Below, piece after piece: positions 21,752 to 35,717 of a DNA stretch of 64,000 nt. The position numbers were made by a program, and so were the translations under genes. Source of the stretch: the human T2T-CHM13v2.0 reference genome, Homo sapiens; the NCBI RefSeq assembly GCF_009914755.1, contig NC_060946.1; one strand, given 5' to 3'. Every line of letters begins with the position of its first letter. The first letter of the stretch is position 1. The notes under the pieces are model-generated. The model was not told where the DNA came from. It ran no database searches and saw nothing but the letters and a program-made list of their open reading frames with translations.

Positions 21752-23614
21752 AACCTGTCCCTAGAGAGATCCTTTTCAAAATAAAAACAAAAGCCTAGAA
21801 ATAGTTGGTAATTATGAAACAACAAACCAAAAAACCAACCAACCTGCAACCGTGATTTGAGGTCAAAGTAAATCCATCAAGACTTTCTCCCTGAGCAGGA
21901 GGCATCTGTGGCTAGCCGCCCAGCCCCGCAGCAGCAGCCTTCGCAGTCCTGCATCTGCTGGGCCCAGTGCTGCCTTCCTGCCCACGCCTCTTCCTTAGTA
22001 GCTCTTCACGCAGCAGCTGCCTCTGGTTTCTCCATGCTAGTGGCCCTGGTCCACCTTGACAGCAGCCACATGTGGCTGGTCCCCACTGGGGAACTGCCCT
22101 GGGACTGATAGGCTCAGGGGCAGGGAATGGGAGTCAGGGGTCAGGGGGATGGCAGGCAGGAAACCAAGGCCAAGAGCTACTGAGGGTCCCTTGAACCCTG
22201 GGAGCCCTCCGCCAGAGGTGCGCATGGTGGGAGGGTGTCAAGCTGGGACTCAGAGGACAGGATGTGGCAGGATACAGCCCCTCCCTGGTTGTATGGGCGG
22301 ACCCAAGGTTTCCTTGCCTCCACCATCATTAGTGCTGCTGCTGCCTTGTGCAGACTGCTGGAAGCTGGTAAGGGTGAGCTCCCTTTCACATGCAGTTTCT
22401 GTTCTCACTGCAACAGTTAAAGCAACCAATTGCAACTGTCTTACTGGGATACCTCTGCCTAGAGATCTGCATAAAGATATATTCCCAACAGATCAAAACA
22501 GCAAAGCAGTCAGCTCCTTAGCCCTGAGCCTTACTGTTCACAGCTGGGAGTGGACCACCAGTTTGCCTAGACATGTCACCAAAGAGCTGTGACTCTGGCA
22601 AGGAATGTCACTTCCCTCTTTTCCTTGCTGGTAAAATAAAGGGTTGGGCTAAAGTTCTTGTAGGGCCTCTTCTAGGGTTTTTAAAAAATTTTTTTTTTAC
22701 TGATGATCAATCCAACTGGAACTTCTAGTTTTAGAAAATGAAAAATCTCCTCTATGTAGGCAAGCCCTCAACCCCTCTGCTGAACCTCAGCCCTTCCTGT
22801 GTCTCCTCTGTGTGGGCATCAGGCATGGGACAGTTAGGTGCAGGCTCAGCTTTCTGGTGGTGTAATCTGCCCAGGAGAGTTGGCACTACTGATACATGTC
22901 CTTGTGGTGGCGTGGTTTTGGGCCTCTGAGTCACAGCTGGCTGGCAGCAGGCACCCCAGGCTCTGAGCCCCAGGCGGCAGAATGCTCACAGCGGCTAACA
23001 GGTGTGCACTGGAGTGTGAGGGATGACCTGCTCTCTGCCGTCCACCTTCCTACACTGTCACGACAATCTAGTCCTTCACTGCTTTGTAGAAGAACGGCCA
23101 CAGAGGGCCGGGGGCTCCTCAAGGCAGCACTTTAGAGTGTATATAGTATTGCTCTGATCTCCACAGGCCTTTCGCCCTGGCTGACTTCTCTTTGCCTCAG
23201 CTCTCTGGGCTCTAGAGAACAGTGCTTTTCGCTTGCTAGAATGGGAGCTTTGAAAGGGGTGGAAACATGCTTCCCACATGGCAGGAGCGTGAGCCGTGGC
23301 AGGGGCCATGCTGCCCATTTAGGAATGAAGACAGCCCAGAGTAGAACACACATGCACCCCTCTGCCGGCACAGCCAGGCCTGCCACGGCGGCCTCACCGG
23401 CTCAGGGCCTGTGAGGTTACTCCTCCTCTTCAGATGAGGAACCAAGGACCAGAGAGAGCAAGAGACCTGCACAAAGCCACCAGGCTGGTAGGGCATCAGG
23501 CCTCCCACTTGGCAGGATAGGGGCTTTTGCTGTGCCCTCCCAGCCGCTGTGTCCCTAAAGGTGGTGTGATGGTGGGTGGCCCCTCCTGGGGGCTGCGGCT
23601 CCGGGCTTCACAGC

Positions 23615-23647
23615 TGCACCACCCCGGGGCTCCAGCAGGTGGCACTG
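23615..23647 (+). promoter_or_regulatory. Candidate CTCF site (core plus upstream motif)
   Basis: CCAGCAGGTGGCAC at 23632-23645 is an exact match to CCASYAGRKGGCRS; TGCAC begins 17 nt upstream of the core CC. Confidence 0.5.
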
Positions 23648-24207
23648 GCTCACTTTTCTCACAGTCTGTCCCATGGCTGCCGGGACCCAGTTGGACTGAC
23701 AGCCTAGCTCTCAGCAGAGGATCTTCTCACCTCACTCTGTCTTTATTGGTTTATTCTTCAGATGATGTTTATTAACCTACTTCGGGAACATTTTCATTTT
23801 CTCCAAAGCACACAGTCTGTGTGGTGGCGGGAAAAGGAGAGGGCCCAGCATGCATGCAGAGAGAGGTGAGGCCACAGAGGGTCTGCGAAGAGCAGCCAAG
23901 GGGCAGAGGGGTCAGGGGCGTGGCTCATGTCTCTGGAATGATGACAAATGCCAGCTGGGCTGGGCTCGTGAATCTTCCCTCGCTGCTGATGAATCTTCCC
24001 TTCAGGGAGGATGAAGGGCTCTATTCCTGAGGCAGGAGGAAGCCAGCGCACTGCTCACACTCCTTTGGGCAGTCTGTGCTGCAGCAGTGCCTGCGAGCGA
24101 GGATGAGCCTGTGTGCAGCTGCTCCCTGGCTTCCCATCCACACTCAGCTTAAAGAGTGAAGTTAATTCATGGTGCAGACAGCAGCCTGGGCAAGTCCCCC
24201 TCCCCCA

Positions 24208-24208
<1 letters not shown>

Positions 24209-24238
<30 letters not shown>

Positions 24239-24242
24239 CACA
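24209..24242. repeat. (CA)n microsatellite
   Basis: Read directly; one interruption (cg). Confidence 0.95.
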
Positions 24243-27049
24243 GAGCTTTCTCAGGCTCTCACACTCTGAGGTGGAGAGTGAAATGCACGCACCCACTCTG
24301 CTTGGGCCAAACAAGCTCCTTCAGGCAGCTAGGACCCGACAGACCTCCCTGTGGAGTCTGCCCGCCCTGCCTTCTGCGAGGCAGGCTCTCACCTCAACCC
24401 ACTCTGCTCTGTCACCCCTCACCTGGCTTCCAAGGCAGCATTTCTGCAGCAGTCTGGCATTGAGGAATCAGGTCTCCCACGTGAAGAACACAGCACTGCC
24501 TCCTTGGCAGAGAAGCGTCTACGTGGGGTCAGCAGATGAAGAAACAGGGGCTTGACTCTCCCTCAGCCAAGGCTAAGAAAAGGGCTCTGGCTCAAGCCTG
24601 AAGATGACCAGGATGGTGGGGGCCCACCTAGCCCTGAGATTCTGGCCCTACTGTCTCTGCAGTAGGGCTGACCAGATGGCTGGGAGGAGGGAACAAGCAT
24701 GCTAGAGCTTAGTGCAATCTCGAAGAACCTCACTGGCTGGCTGGGGCTGTCTGCTCCACACACATCAACCCAGAGGCAGCCACTACCGTGGGGCCAGCGC
24801 TGTGAGACTGCCTGGGGAGGGGCAGCTAGGAAGGGTACCACCTGAGGAACGCATGAAGGGGCGACCTGAGGGAAGGCTTTGCTCCTCACGGCACCAAAGA
24901 GAAAGGTGGTGCTCATTCACCCATTCAACATGGGCTAAGTGCCTCCTTGGTGGCCCTGGGTGAGCTGCAGGGGGGGAATTCAGTGAACAGGGAGATTTGG
25001 TCCTTGCCCTCGTGGAGTTCACAATTTGATGAGGACCAAGCAAGGCCCGATAGCAGCTGTGTACATGTGTGCTCACATGTGTGCGTCTGATCTTAACGCT
25101 TGAACACAGGTGGCAGAACGAGGCCTCTGGGAGTGTCTTCCTTTCTGCCTCTTCCCTGTGTCCCGCCCTCCTGCTCCTCTGGGGCTCAATTCCTCACCAG
25201 GCACTTGGTTCCTTCATGGTCTGTCTAGATATAGGGCCAGGAATGCTCACCCCAGGGCACATCTGGCCATGACATCTTTAGGATGGCTGGAAGGGAGGGG
25301 TGAGAAGGGAACTAAACTGATATGGGGCATCTTCTAGAGTACGGACATGGAATCTCAGGGCCAGGTGGGCCCCCGCCATCTTCTGGGCTGTGATGTGAGT
25401 ACACCACTCGCATCCTCTTCCAGCCCTCAGCCCCATTCACTGTGACTAATGAGTAAACAAAGATGCAAGGTTAAACATCTCCTCTAAGGCAGCAACATCA
25501 GGGGCAAGGCCCCACCACTCCATGCAGTCAGGCAGCAGAAAGCCTGTGGCCTGAGGGGGAGCCCTCTGCTCTCTGGGGAGCCGAAGGCCTGGTGCTGTAT
25601 GGCATCAGGCCCTGAACCCTCATCTGCCTCATCTGGCCTGTGCCCTCTATCCCAGAAAGGCAGACACTGCACAGAGCACCAGTCCAGGGGCCATCTGTGA
25701 AGACCCTGTCCCCAGGTCAGAGTTCTACAGGGGTCAGGGAGGGTCCTCGGTGGTGGCAGCTCATTCAAGGTGTGGCTGCCATTTCTCAGCCCGTCATTTC
25801 TCTTCTGATCAGACACATGGTCCTCACCTTCTCAGGATGTCTTTATTGCGCATATTCACCTGCCATGCCCTCTGTGCTGCTCTGCGGTCAGGCTGCCCTG
25901 GGGGGAATCCTGCCTCTGCCCCTCACTTGCTCACCTGCTCACACTCACTCAGGTGAGCCCCTCAACCCCTCTGGGCTGCAGCTTCCTGCCTCACAGGCGA
26001 GGACTGCACCTGGCAGATTGTCAGTGTAGCTCCTGCTCTGCTGGGATCGAGCTACCTGGAAAATCCTTTGGTTCCTTCCTCCCTCAACTGAGCCCTAACC
26101 AGGATGCTCCTAAATCCCCTCTGGGGCTCTCAACTGAGCTGCATCTTCTGAGGTAGCTGGCCTGAGATCTGAACCTGAGTTTTAAGACGTCAATGGAAAA
26201 ATTAATTGGCAAATACATTATATTTAAGTAACCAGAGATGCCTCAATTCAATTAAAAAACAGGATTCTGAAACCATTCAGTGACTTCCCTCCACGAACAT
26301 CCTCACACAAAAGGTTGTCTCCTCTGGGAGGTGAACCTGGTGAACACTGCATTTTAAGTACTTATGCAATAAGCTGCGGGCGCTTCTACCTGTTCCCCTC
26401 CTTAATTGCCATGTGCCTGGCTGCTCTTCCAGAGAAGAGCCACAAGGCTGGGCAGGTACAGGCAGGGACCCTGGCTCTTACGGTGGTGCCTGGCTCCTCT
26501 CAAGCCCAGGAATGAATCTGGAGCCGCATGTGGCTTCTCTCCCCTTGCTCTTGGACTCTCCTGGGCATGCTGGGTCCATGGTAGGTTCCCTGCCTGGGCT
26601 AAGGGTTATGGCACATGCCTCCACCAAGAGGGTCTGCACCTGCCCTCCTGCAGGAGCCACGGCAGCAGTTGGTGGTGCCCGGCCTCTGCCCACTCTGGGC
26701 ATTGTGCTGTGGCCATCTCCTCTTTACTGTAACAAGTATGAGGCTCTAGGGCCAAGCCTGGAGATGCTCACCTTAAAAGAACCTGATGCCCAGGCCAGCC
26801 TTGCACAGGCTTTTCCTGCTGACCCCATTCAGAGATCAGAACAAAGGCCCGAGCCAGGCAGTCATTGGGGTGGGCTTCTCAAGTGCTCAGGGATGGAGAG
26901 AAGAAAAGACAACCTGGTGTATGGCAGCCTGCCCAGCTGATGCATGTCCAGCAATACAGCAAAACCCCCTTCCAAAGGACTTTCCACTTTCAATTTGTGG
27001 GTCCAAGCCTGTCCCTGAAAACAAACCTGTGGGGTCGAATTCACTTGTT

Positions 27050-27180
27050 CACAGAGAACTTCCAGAGCTGGATTAGTCAGAGTTGTCTGAAGACAGAATA
27101 TGCTGCCTCAGGAGGTAGTAAGCTCCCTGTCATGGGAGGAATTCAGGCAAAAGATGGGTGATCACCTGGCAAGGGAGTTA
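27050..27180 (+). mobile_element. L3/CR1 LINE 3' fragment
   Basis: tgcctcaggaggtagtaagctccctgtcatgggaggaattcaggcaaaagatgggtgatcacctg resembles the L3 3' consensus. Confidence 0.55.
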
Positions 27181-27202
27181 GATGGATGAGGGCCTGTGGG
27201 GC

Positions 27203-27420
27203 CGGAGCACTGTCTTTGGAGTCTGGCAGACCTGGCTCCTAATGCTGGCTCTGTCATTTTCTAGCTGTGAGACCCTGGGCAACTAACTTAACCTCTCTAA
27301 GCCTCGGTGTCATCATAGTACCCCTCATGGTTGCTGCAGGGATTAACTAAGATAACACATGTAAAGCACTTAGCACAGTGCTGAGTGCTAGGAAGTAATC
27401 AGCAGACGCGCACTGCTGTC
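27203..27420 (+). mobile_element. MIR SINE, near full length
   Basis: ggagtctggcagacctgg...ctagctgtgagaccctgggcaactaacttaacctctctaagcctc...gtaaagcacttagcacagtg. Confidence 0.8.
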
Positions 27421-29030
27421 ATTATCATCTTTGTTATTGTTGTTATAGTTACTTAATTCCCTCCCTCCCTCCCTCCCTTCTGTGCCTGTACCTACTTAAC
27501 ACACAGCACCCTGCTAGGCTCCTTGGGGATACAGAGATAAATCAGAAGTGACTGAGCCTCAGGCGAGTGCACAGCCTGGGAGGGGAGAGGGCATGGACAC
27601 AGGTGACAAATGCAAGGTGCATGGTTGTGGCTCCCTACCCGCAGATAAAGCACCAGGAAGTTTTAGAGAAGGCAGAAATGTTTCCAGTAGGGGCAATCCA
27701 AGATGGATTTGTGAAAGATGCTGTGTTTGAGACAGTGCCTCAGGGGAAAGCCCTCTTTGGCCATGTCCCCATGCCCAAGTGAAGACCCTGAGATGTGAAT
27801 GGGCAGGTCTGGGGTTCCTCTGGGTTAGGACAGAGGGTGGGGGGAAAATGGAACAGGAAATGGGAAGAATGGCAAGGTGGGACTGTGAAGTACTCAGATG
27901 CCAAGCTCCACACTTCCACCCAACCCCACTGGAACTCCTGTGACTCCTGTCAAGAGAGGGACACAAACAAAACTGCGCCCCAGCCAGAGGGGGGACAGCG
28001 ATGACCATCAGCCTGTCCCAGGTGGGTGGTAATGGGATCAGTGTGAGGGACAAAGTCACATCCAGTGAGGGGCAGATTTCATCTCTGCCACTGACAAGTG
28101 GGCAGACTTGGCTTGGGGCAATTCACCTTGCTGAGCACGAGCAACCGTTTGAGGCTGTTGATAGGCATCAAGATAGGCAGGGACAGGACAGGGGCTCCTG
28201 CCCAAAGCCTGGTGACTGGAACCAGCAGCTGCAACAGCTGTTGGCAGGGAAGATCCTTGCCCAGAATAGTCACAGTGAGGTGAGTATGGGTGGATGGCAG
28301 CCATGGCATGCTCTACATGCCCACATTTAATGTGGCACAGATGACCTGGAGGTCAGAGATGGAGAGAACACTCAGCTCCTTATTGGGGCCAGAAGCCAAA
28401 GAGGCACCAACAAGGAGCAGGGGAAAGAGATGCAGGACCCCAGCCAGAAAGCTGGGTATGCAATCTTGGGGGTTCAAAGCCAGGGCTATAGCTGTAGCTG
28501 ACGGCAGATTGGGTCATCACTCTGCATTTATTCAAGGTGTTTCCAGTGGCCCTGAGAGAGGTTGTAGCAGGAAGAAGCATCAATCTATCAGTTTTTCTTG
28601 GTGGAGATTTGATCTTTTGGATCTTTTGAGTGGTTGATTCACCCCTCAGAAAAGAGCCTTTGGTGCCGTAGAAACCTCAGACTCAAGGTGGGGAGAGAAA
28701 GAAACTACTTACTACACAGCAGGATTGATCTCGTCATCATTACCCTTATTGCATCCTAGTAACTACTCCATCGGTAAGCAAACGTAAAAAGCTCAAGGTC
28801 ACCTTAACAAAGGGCAGAGCCAGGTTTCAAATCAAGGTCTGGCTGGCCCCAGAGCCCAAGATTTCTCCTCTGCACTGTGTGCCTCACCACAGACAAAGGC
28901 CTAGACCTAGGAAGATAGTGATCAGCAGATGGCCGGCCTACACTGGGCTTTTGCAGCACTGCTGCAGCACGCCTCCGTACAGCCCTAAAGCAGGGTGGCC
29001 CACATGTACGTTCATAAAAAACCACAGCCT

Positions 29031-29312
29031 GGCCAGGTACGGAGACTCACAAGGATCCCAGCATTTTGGGAGGCCAAGATGAGAGGATCACTTGAGCCAG
29101 CCTGGGCCACAAAGCAAGACCCTGTTGCTACAAAAAAATAATTTAAAAAAATTAGCTGGGTGAGGTGGTGTGCACCTGTGGTCCCTGTTACTCAGGAGGC
29201 TGAGGCAGGAGGATCACTTGAGCCCAGGAGTTTGAGGCTGCAGTTAGTTATGACGGCACCACTATAACCCAGCCTGGGTGACAGAGTGTGACTCTGTCTC
29301 TAAACAAAAAAA
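29031..29312 (+). mobile_element. AluJ (Jo/Jr-like) with a left-arm deletion
   Basis: Dimeric Alu with J diagnostics. Degenerate TSD aaaaaccacagcc / aagaactacaacc. Confidence 0.88.
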
Positions 29313-32214
29313 GAACTACAACCACACATCCATGCAGACGCACACACAGCAGGACACGTGTGTGCCAGGTCTCAGCTTACCGGCCAGGCTGGCCTTGTGG
29401 AGATGGCTCTCCTCTCCAGTCACTGCTCTCCACTGTCCTGCTGACACTTTCTTCCCCGCACCTTTAGGAAGTCCTCCTGTGTATTACAGTCACTGCATTC
29501 CCTCCCACCTCCACTGTAGGCCAGGCTTTCACGCGTGGATTTGGAGGGCAGGGCAGGCTCTGGGAGCACTACTGCCTCTCCACTTTCAGGGCCTGACCCT
29601 CAGGTGTTGAGGGCAGAGGGGGAAGGGGGCAGGGAAAAGCTCTGCAGGGTTTCCTCTGCACCCCTCAACGTGGCAGCAGCTCTGGCTCTCCCAGAACCCC
29701 TCCACTCTGCCACTGGCTGCACACTCCATAACATGCGGTTGAGGTCCCTGCCCAGCAGACAGCCTCCTGGGTGGGGAACCAGTAAGGTGCTGGGCCCATG
29801 TGACCCACCCAGCAGGACACACACACACACCCGTGCCACGTTAAATGTGGGCACGCTGAGCACTGTGGCCGGCCCACTCCCACCTAGCATCCTCCCTACT
29901 TTCTTTTCTCCCTGTTCTATAGTCATGGAGGCTGGGCCCATGGGATGGAGAGGCCTCTTTCCCCATGTAGCAGGACCCCAGTTTTTGCTGGTGATTCTCT
30001 GGAAGGACCCCCAACCAAGCTGAGGTTCTCTCTTGCTGATTCCTTATCCAGTCTTCTGTGAGAGACCAGAAGTGTCTCTCACAGGGCACTAGAGGGAAGT
30101 TGTCTAGCAGGGCACTAGAGGGAAGTTGCAGAGACCTGAGGGTGGGCTCTGGCCCTGTTGTGCACCTCTCTTCAGAAAAAGAAGACTTACTTCTTTGTCC
30201 TCTGTTTTGGCTCTAGTCACTGCTCTCTGGACAATAAGAAAGTCCCTCTCCACATTGTGTCACACACAGATATAAAGTGGAAAATTAAAGACCTAGGATG
30301 CTTGTTGCGCCAATGGTGGCTTACAGAAGTCAGGAAACTTCTCTGGGATACTGGCCCTAAATGACTCTGGATGGGTGCACCTTACTTAATACCAACGCAG
30401 TCCCTGTAGTCCAGGATCCAGGATGCAGTCAAAAGCCTGTCCTGTTCTTCTTCGTCTTTTCTACAGCAAATGTGATCTGCTGACTGACCCAGGTCCAGTC
30501 ACATACACACATATCATATATACATACCACACACAAACACACACACACAAATACAACCCTGCACATACAAATACATACATACATTCCCACAGAACCTCCC
30601 CTGACACACACACAGACACTTACATGCATGTGCTGGCCTACCAGTCCTCCGCGTCACTCCCAAAGGGTAGGGCTGCTGCTCTGCCCTCTGGGGCTCACAC
30701 CAAGGTCAGGGTGCTGGCCAAGAGAAGGGTCTTTGTTTTTCATTCAATAGCAGTGCCTACCCTGGGTTCAAAATGCACATGTGTTTTCTGCCAATAGGCA
30801 AGAAGAAAAATAGTGATTGCAGAGACCTCAAAAATGACAGCAGAACAAAGAGCAATTCCTGAAGTGGCAAGGGAGAAAAACCTAAAGCCAAGTCTCACTT
30901 GACTCGCATTAGCTACAGAGGCCTCATTGCCAAATCAGTCCAGCAAACCACCAAGGAACAAAGGGGCCAAGGAATCCATAAAATCACTGAGCTGGAGAGC
31001 CCCCGGAGAGGGAAGCCCTTACTGCTCCAGTACACAAGGCCCTACACACATGGTTGCTTCCATATCACCTCTGTTGGCTCCAGGCTACAAGGACTCTGCA
31101 AACGCTAGCCACTATCAGCAATCTGCAGAAAAGCCACTTCTAGCCGCTCTGTTCAGTCACAAGCCAGTGCACTCTTAGCCCAGATCCCTGGCCATACATG
31201 GGACAGAGAGGGAGGCCTGGGACCCCACAGCAGGGCAGGGACAGGCTGGCAGGGAAGCTGCGAGGCATGTTTTGGCACCTGTTCATGGGCAGATCTCCCT
31301 CCTCTCTGGCCTATGTGTGCTCAGCTATAAGACATGAGGCTGCACTGAAAGTGCCAGGGAAGTTTGCACTGTTCTAGCAAGGATACCTTTGCCTCTGTGG
31401 TTCCCTCAGCTGTAGCTCCACTCTCTTGTGGATGAAGGCCAGAACCCCCCTTCCTGGCTTGTGAGAGAGGCGCCAGAGAACACGCAGTGTTGCAAACTTT
31501 CCTGGGCCTTAAGGGCTTACCACATTGAAGCGAGAAGAACGCCGGCTATTTCCCTCATCCAAAGGGTCGGGGTTGGAAGAGTCTGCAGAGACCCCTTCAA
31601 TTTCTTTGCTTTTCTGAGGGTGGGACTGGATTGGGTCAGGCCTTGCCAAGGGAGCTGGGTGCAAGCTCCGGGGCTGTGGGCCTTGCTGCTCCCCACTCAG
31701 TCCCCAGGGCTGGGCACAATACTCAGCCTGGCTGGGGGCGGAGATTGTGTTGTATAAGTGAACCAACAAATTAATCTACAGCATTGTGCTCACTGGAGCT
31801 ATTGCAGGGCTGCTCAGGACAGAAACCATCTTTCCAAAATGAGCACTCCACCATTCAAAGTGCACAGCACCCCAAGCCTAGGGTTAATAAGCTAGGGCCC
31901 TAGATATACCTGGCTTGACCCTTTTCTTCCATAGTGCTGAGGTCCTGGGGGAACTGGTTCCTGACTGCTGGAGTGCCTGCAACCAGGTCACCATGGATGC
32001 CTGACTGTCTGCTTTGGCAGCTCTCTCCTGTGAAGGACTTGAGGTAGGAAGGGAAGAAGGATGAGGGAGGCTACAACCCAAGATGGCCAACAGCTGCTGC
32101 ATAGGCACACAGACGTCTCATCCCTTCCAAAGTTTCTCCACCCATGTTAAGAATTTAAGTTTAGCACTATTCTTCCCACTTTACTCCAAACAACAGAAAC
32201 CCACCAGTTGTTCA

Positions 32215-32420
32215 GTGCCTTCCACACATTAAGTCGGTCAGTGTGTTATTTATACATTGGCTCCTTTATTCCCACATTACAGGAACCCTGCAGGGTAAGA
32301 AGCCATCCCCATTTCACAGATGACGAGACTGAGGCTGACAGAGGTGAAACTGCCTCCCTAGTGTCCTACAGCTTGTGAGTGGCAAGGCCAGAGGCTGCAC
32401 TCTGAGCTCTTCACACTCTA
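32215..32420 (-). mobile_element. MIR SINE
   Basis: atccccatttcacagatgacgagactgaggctgacagagg is the reverse-complement MIR core. Confidence 0.7.
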
Positions 32421-32966
32421 GTTTATCACCACAGCCTGCATCACCTGGTGGAGGTAAGTGTCACCTGCCTTCACTGGCTGAGAAGTTGGCAGAGCAAGAA
32501 CATGTGTCCAGGCCCAATCCCAGGCCTCCGCAAACCTGGTTGCATCCCTACATGAAACCAAAAGCCATGAGGGACACCTGTGAAGGTGGCTGGGAAGAAG
32601 GAACTAAGGGTGAACTAGCTTGAAGTTTTGGCCTCCTTACAACCAGGCTGCCAGCTCCTACATCCCCTGCCCTTGGCTCCCTTCCCACTCAACTCAGCCC
32701 TGGGAAAGTCAACACACATTTGTCACCCTGACAGCACAATAATGAGAGGAAACCAGGGCCTGGAGTAGGAACAGACAGGGCGCACAATGCCCTGCACAGC
32801 AGGGCTGCCAAGCAGAGGCTGCCTCCCACCCAGTGCACAGTCACTTCCTGCCTGTGTTCTAGGGTCAACCAGCTGCCCTTTAAAGGCAGGCCTTCAGGCT
32901 GTGGCAGGGACCTAGGGAGTCTGTGATATCTTTCCAAAGAGGTCTATCAAAATGTACTCCTAGGTT

Positions 32967-32979
32967 GTTGCCAGGCAAC
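32967..32979. promoter_or_regulatory. Perfect palindromic RFX X-box
   Basis: GTTGCC-A-GGCAAC. Confidence 0.45.
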
Positions 32980-33656
32980 CAAACAACAGTGGGACAGGTG
33001 TCCCTCAACCCCAACCGCCTGCCCTGTTTATCCGGACCCAGCTCAGGTGTCACTCCTAAGAAAAAGATGAAGGGGTGTGCTGGCTTGGAAATTTCAAACT
33101 CGATTCATCTTAAAGCCATTAAGGCCTATTTGGTCAAGTGACAGGGAACTGAGGTCTTGGCACAGACGGGTGAGCCTGGGTCTGGATGAGTGCATTCCTA
33201 GGCCCAGTTTCTCCCTCCAACAGCACTAGCATTCTCACTCTCCCTGACCTCCCCGAATCTCAGGCCAGGAAGTCAGTGCAGGTACCTGGCCCAGGAGTTA
33301 CCTGCAGAAGCTGGCAAAGAAGTATGTGAAGTTGCTCTGGCTTCTGCCTGATGTTTGGAAAGTCAGCTCTGAGGCTATGTGAAGAAGCAGCCAACTATCC
33401 CCTGGGACTCCTATCCCAGCCAAATGAGGATTGTCACATCAAGCCTGTCACTGTTTTCTCGCTTCAGCTGGAGATGCTGCTGTGAAGCAGAGGCCCTGAC
33501 GGGCATGGGGCTGTGAAAGCATCATGCTTGCTGCTGCAAATGCATGACACGAGCCAGAAGCCTAACCAGCCGGAAGGAGCATCCACTGAAAGCATATTAT
33601 CTGTGCTCAGAGCACCCTGCCCTGCACTGGGCCTGGGGAAAGCGCCCCACACTCAC

Positions 33657-33797
33657 CTGTTAAACAGGTTATTGCGGCGAACCATCCGCAGAAAGCCAGT
33701 GGGGTCAGTGACCGAGTTGAGTTTGTTGTTCATCTCTTCAAATTGCTGGTCCATGATGTCTCCCGCTTCACTCTCTGTCTCACTGCTGGCACAGGCC
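33657..33797 (-). CDS. TTC28: TTC28 internal coding exon, 141 nt (probably exon 13)
   Basis: Acceptor atttttcctgcag|GGCCTGT at 33797; donor AACAG|gtgagt at 33657; phase 2/2. It joins in frame to the 17813 exon (AG+G=Arg) and encodes ACASSETESEAGDIMDQQFEEMNNKLNSVTDPTGFLRMVRRNNLFN. Confidence 0.92.
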
Positions 33798-35142
33798 CTG
33801 CAGGAAAAATTGCAGAAAAAGCCAATCAGAGAAAGGAAGCGCTGAGCTATGGAAGTCAGCTCTGAGGTCCTATGCCATTCTGTCACCAAACGAACCTCTA
33901 GTACCGTTGTCTCCAGATGACAGCATCACCCCACTCCCTCCTCAGTGTCCCTGAGGCCCTCTTCCTGAACTTCTTTTGTCCACTGCTTCTCAAGATGAAC
34001 TCTGGTTGGTTGTTTATGGGCTGTCACCCCCGACTCTGCTGTGAACTCTCTACAGGCAGCAGCTGTGTCTGAATAAGAACTGTATTCCCAGCACCTAGCT
34101 TATGTATGACAGACTAGATGAGGTGCTGTCTGTGATGGGCTGGTCAGGCACTCTTCCCAGCGTACAGCTGAGGCAAGTGCAGCTGTGAGGCAGTCCTCCC
34201 TGCACAAGCTGCAGTCCAGTCCATTCCAGAAACAGTAACTAAATACCTACATTGTGTTGGGTACTGTCCTAGGCAAGGGGGACATGCAGCCTAAAACGGC
34301 ATTTTCCAGATGAGGAGACAAACATGCTGACAAGTGGTTGCAATGCTAGCAGGGCAGGCACCGCTGGAAACGCAAACTTGAGAACTGCCGCTGATTTGGC
34401 CCATTTTCCAAGCTCAGCATGAGGAGGTGACCATTTTTGAATTAATAAATTCATATTTCCCCTATGACAGACTTTAACAGAACATCCCACAATGTGTTTT
34501 AAGTAAACAGAAATACCCAGGAGTACCTTGATTCATCAGCATGATTAAAATGGCAAAAGGCTTATTAAATGTAAAAGCCATGCACTGTGTGCCCTGATGA
34601 CACACGGACAGCCAGGCCAGGGCAAATGTGTCTGTGGGAGTGCCGCCAGCCTGCAGCCATCCTCCTCCATGCCACACCATGCCTCCCAACCAACTGAGGC
34701 TCACAAAGGCACATCTCTATGTTGAGCCCTCACCTATCCTAGGCATCAGGACCACATTCAGACTTTGTGGAGATGCTTCCTGATACCTCGCCCCCAGATA
34801 ACTCTAAGCCCACAGGAAAACTACTTTCAGACCTTCCTACTAAGGACCGGTGTGAAGAAGTGGAGGGCACCAGGGCACTGCAGGCAGCAGACAGAGTCGC
34901 AAGCCCCTCATGTGCTAGGCAGGTGGGACTCTGGAAAGGGGCAGACCTCCTGTCGCTGAGAAGAATAAGGCTTGGTGCATACAGATTTGGGTTTAGGACA
35001 AACATGACCCACTTCAAATGGCCAAGCTGGCGACACCTGTGACAGAGAAGGGAAATAAGCCCCTCATTCTGGGGGCCAAATGAGACATGGCAGGTAAAGC
35101 TGCTATGCAAACTTGAATGCTCTATGTGAACACCAACCATGG

Positions 35143-35683
35143 TGTGATGGCTAAATTTATGTCAACGTGACTGGGCTGCAGGGTGCCCAGATATTTGGTT
35201 AAACATTATTTGGGATGTGTTTGTGAGGGTATTTCTAGATGAGATTACCATTTAAGCTCGCAGACTGAGTAAAGTAGACTGCCCTCCCCAGTGTGAGTGG
35301 GCCTCATCTGCTTATCCATTGAAGGCCTGGATAGAGCAAAAAAGTAGAGAAAGAGAAAATTTGCTCTTTCTGCACTGTCACCAACCTAAGGCATCAATCT
35401 TTTGCCTTCAGGCTTGGACTTGAACTGAAACTTACCCTACTGGCTTTCCTGGGTCTGCAGCTTGCTGTGGCAGATCCTGGGGCTTCTCAGCCTCCACAAC
35501 CACATGAACCAATTCCTTATAATAAGTTTCCTTTATCTCTTTATAAAAATAAATAAATAAATATACAAGCACATCCTATTTATATCTACTTAGTGTGTGT
35601 ATATATATATATATATATAAAATATATATATATAAAATATATATATATAAAATATATATATATAAAATATATATATATATATA

Positions 35684-35717
<34 letters not shown>

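Noticed and set aside
30500-30630. His/Thr-rich ORF (30423-30797) and a similar one at 52986-53417
   Set aside because: These arise from CA/GT low-complexity sequence.
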